Assembly (NCBI GenBank): GCA_052327205.1
Contig: CM126209.1
Location: 258,230,001 to 258,294,000, forward strand
Direction: 5' to 3'
Length of the DNA: 64,000 bases
From: Somniosus microcephalus
Taxonomy: Eukaryota
The translations under genes and the position numbers were made by a program. Positions 61,820-64,000 of this stretch are shown one piece after another. Under the pieces are notes generated by a model. The model saw nothing but the letters and a program-made list of their open reading frames with translations, searched no databases and was not told the origin of the DNA. How positions within the stretch are numbered: position 1 is the stretch's first letter; the number at the start of each line of letters is the position of its first letter.

Positions 61820-62748
61820 AAGACAATAGCAAAATACTGCGGATGCTGGAAATTTGAAATAACAACAGAAAGTGCTGGGAACACTCAGCAGGCCAGGCAG
61901 CACTGAAGAGAGGAGAAACAGAGTCAACGTTTGGGGTCGAACCCTTCATCAGAACTGGAAAAGGTTAGAGAGGAGAGATTTTTAAGCAGGGGCAGGGAGG
62001 AGGGGAGGAAAGAACAATGGGATGATCTGTGATGAGATGGAAGGCAGGAGAGATTGAATGACAAAAGGGATGATAGTGTAAGGCAAAAGGAGAGGTAATG
62101 GGACAAGTTAAGAAGCAAAAGCTGGCTCTAGATGATGTGTGGATGATGATGGCAGCATCATTAACAGCTACCATGTGAGGAACCGAGAAAAAAATAGAAA
62201 GAACTGCAGGGGTTAATTTATAGGCTGAAATGGTTGAACTCGATGTTGAGTCCAGAGGGCTGTAAAGTGCCTAATAGAAAGATGAGGTGCTGTTCCTCGA
62301 GCTTACGCTGAGCTTCATTGGAACAGTGTAAGAGTCTGAGGATGGAAAGATCAGAGTCGGAGTGGAGGGGAGAATTAAAGTGACAGTGACCAGAAGCTCG
62401 GGGTCATGCTGGCGGACTGAACGGAGGTGTTCTGCAAAGTGGTCACCCGATCTGCGTTTTGGTCTCCCCAATGTAGCGAGACCACATCGTGAGCAGCGAA
62501 TACAGTATACTAGATTGTAAGAAGTACAAGTAAATCGCTGTTTCACCTGGAAGGGGTGTTTGGGGCCGTGGGCGGTGGGAAGGGAGCAGGTAAAAGGGCA
62601 GGTGTTGCATCTCCTGCGCTTGCATGGGAAGGTGCTGGGCAAAGGGGAAGGGTTGTTGGGGGTGAGAGAGGAGTGGACCCGGCTGTCGCAGAGGGTGCGG
62701 TCCCTTCGGAATGCTGAAGGGGGGGAGGGCAAGATGTGTTTGGTGGTA
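61820..62748 (-). mobile_element. Penelope-like retroelement 3' fragment (GIY-YIG endonuclease remnant plus terminal region)
   Basis: AFRRDRTL...FPCKRRRCNTCP...FTCTSYNLVYCIRCSRC, then frameshifted YIGETK and FAEHLRSV: the GIY-YIG signature with a Cys-rich linker. Confidence 0.8.
61921..61958 (-). ncRNA. Degenerate minimal hammerhead ribozyme motif of the Penelope terminal repeat
   Basis: CTGATGA-A-GGGT-TCG-ACCC-CAAA-CGTTGAC. CUGAUGA and stem II are present; the GAAA box reads CAAA (61933). Confidence 0.5.
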
Positions 62749-62854
62749 GGAGGTATGATATGAGTAAGGATGTGCAGGAGTAGTGTAGGGAAGGCAGAGT
62801 GATGGGGATGTGATGAGTGGCACAGCAGGATGAGGTTGAGTTTGACTTTGCAGT

Positions 62855-63085
62855 AACGTTTCGTGATCTACTGAGATCATTGAAAGGTTTGTGCCACTTC
62901 AGCCTGATCCTCCTAACGATATCCCTGCTGGTGTCCTCCAGTGCAATGTGCAACCAGGCTGCGCTGATCACCTGGGGAGGTCTCTTCCGCCCATGTGAAG
63001 GGAAGAGGACCTCCCTGCTTGCTGTGACCCCCTCCATAAGCATATGGAGGGAGTCATGGGAGAGCCTGGGTGTAGGGCTGCAACG
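62855..63085 (-). pseudogene. Myb/SANT-like DNA-binding domain remnant (Harbinger accessory protein)
   Basis: PRLSHDSLHMLMEGVTASREVLFPSHGRKRPPQVISAAWLHIA...RRIRLKWHKPFNDLSR resembles the MSANTD pattern PRFS..EL..L...V......LF...AW..IA...R...Q.RK.FNDL.R. Confidence 0.6.
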
Positions 63086-64000
63086 TTGTTCCGTGCTTGT
63101 CAGTGCTTGCAGCACCTCAATGCTGTAGAACACTGGCAGTAAAGGTGTCAAAAAAATTTGCACATGGTCCGTTTAAGCAAAATGGCTGATGACGCATCAT
63201 CAAGTGACGTCATCAGATCCGCTTTGTTCAGTTGGCTGGGAAAAGCGCTGGGTGGGCTTAACAAGCCCAATTAACGTAAGATCACTTTGGACGGAGGGCT
63301 GGAGATAACAGCGAGGTCGCACCCTGCCACCGACTCCGGCCGCACTTGGACACGCTGAGGTAGGGGATATCACGGCCAAAGAATCTGCTTAGAAGAAATA
63401 AAGACACAAGAACTTAAGGAGCCAACATAAATCGTTGGGCACATCAGTTCAATTCCATTTATACTCCAGCTATGATCATTCCATCATCGCTTTCCAAATC
63501 ATCACCACCTGCTGATTACTACTTAAGGAAGATTAAATTATTTCCCCATCTTGCCATAAAACAATCAATTGGTACTATTAAGATTTCTATAATTCTCCGC
63601 CTCTATTCAGAGGTCCGTTCAGTCGCCTTATAAAATTGTTCTTTGACCTCGATTCAACTCCTGTCTCTGTGCCGCGCATCCAGTAACCTGTGAAATAGCT
63701 TTTTTAAATCTGTAATCTTGCCCAATTATTGAGAACTTTATACTTACCTCACCTAATCTTACAATCAGTGTCCAAGTTAATGAGGTTGTTATATTTAATT
63801 TTATCTCGAGCTTTCAATATTTTAAAGACGTACATGCATGTATAAAAAATTATTCTGGTGTCTTTAATCAAAAACGTACTCCAGAAGGCCTGAAATCATG
63901 TTCAGTCTTCAAACTCTTTCTAATGCAAGTATAGCTTTTGATGAAATCTGCAGGCCGTTCTCCAGAGCTGGCCATAGGATTAATTTGTACAATGTCAGTA

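Larger units (their letters stand above)
60674..63377. mobile_element. Degenerate Harbinger-like DNA transposon derivative, about 2.7-kb insertion including a nested Penelope fragment
   Basis: Spacer homology stops at about 60673 and resumes at about 63378 (GAATCTGC). Contains a Myb/SANT-like remnant. TIRs are only weakly recognisable. Confidence 0.6.
30060..64000. repeat. Tandem segmental array of about 5.5-kb units (exon + promoter + spacer), V6-V10, continuing past the right edge
   Basis: Spacers are collinear (e.g. CAAACTCTTTCTAATGCA, GAGCGCGATGGGGTGTGAGGGA and TCATTTGAATGAGCTGGCTTTTCC recur). The insertion-free donor-to-donor period V9-V10 is 5475 bp. Spacer homology resumes at 63378-64000. 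Confidence 0.9.

Noticed and set aside
1-64000. Specific gene symbols or subcluster assignment; CRISPR arrays or prokaryotic systems
   Set aside because: Constant exons are outside the window and orthology needs a phylogeny. No repeat-spacer array or prokaryotic gene organisation is present.

Overview
Eukaryotic genomic DNA containing part of a vertebrate clustered protocadherin (cPcdh) variable region. A cartilaginous fish is likely, inferred from the HE1/V-SINE-like, Deu-SINE-like and CR1/L2 repeats. Ten tandem variable exons lie on the minus strand (V1-V10 from left to right): eight complete, one truncated by the window edge (V1) and one frameshifted pseudogene (V4). Each complete exon encodes a signal peptide, six cadherin repeats, a TM helix and a variable cytoplasmic domain, and ends at a phase-0 GAG|GTGAG donor. 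The constant exons, if any, would lie left of the window. Each exon has its own conserved promoter module. V6-V10 are a recent tandem expansion (about 5.5-kb unit) with a patchwork, gene-conversion-like pattern. The spacers hold an ORF-intact Ty3/Gypsy element, CR1/L2 LINE fragments, SINEs, Harbinger-type MITEs and a Penelope fragment. Three observations stand out: an exact 23-bp inversion between inverted CCAAT boxes in the V7 promoter; CCAAT spacing restricted to about 15 or 25 bp; and an out-of-frame ATG exactly 16 nt upstream of the start codon in all ten paralogs. All were read by eye, no alignments or searches were run, and the functional interpretations are hypotheses.
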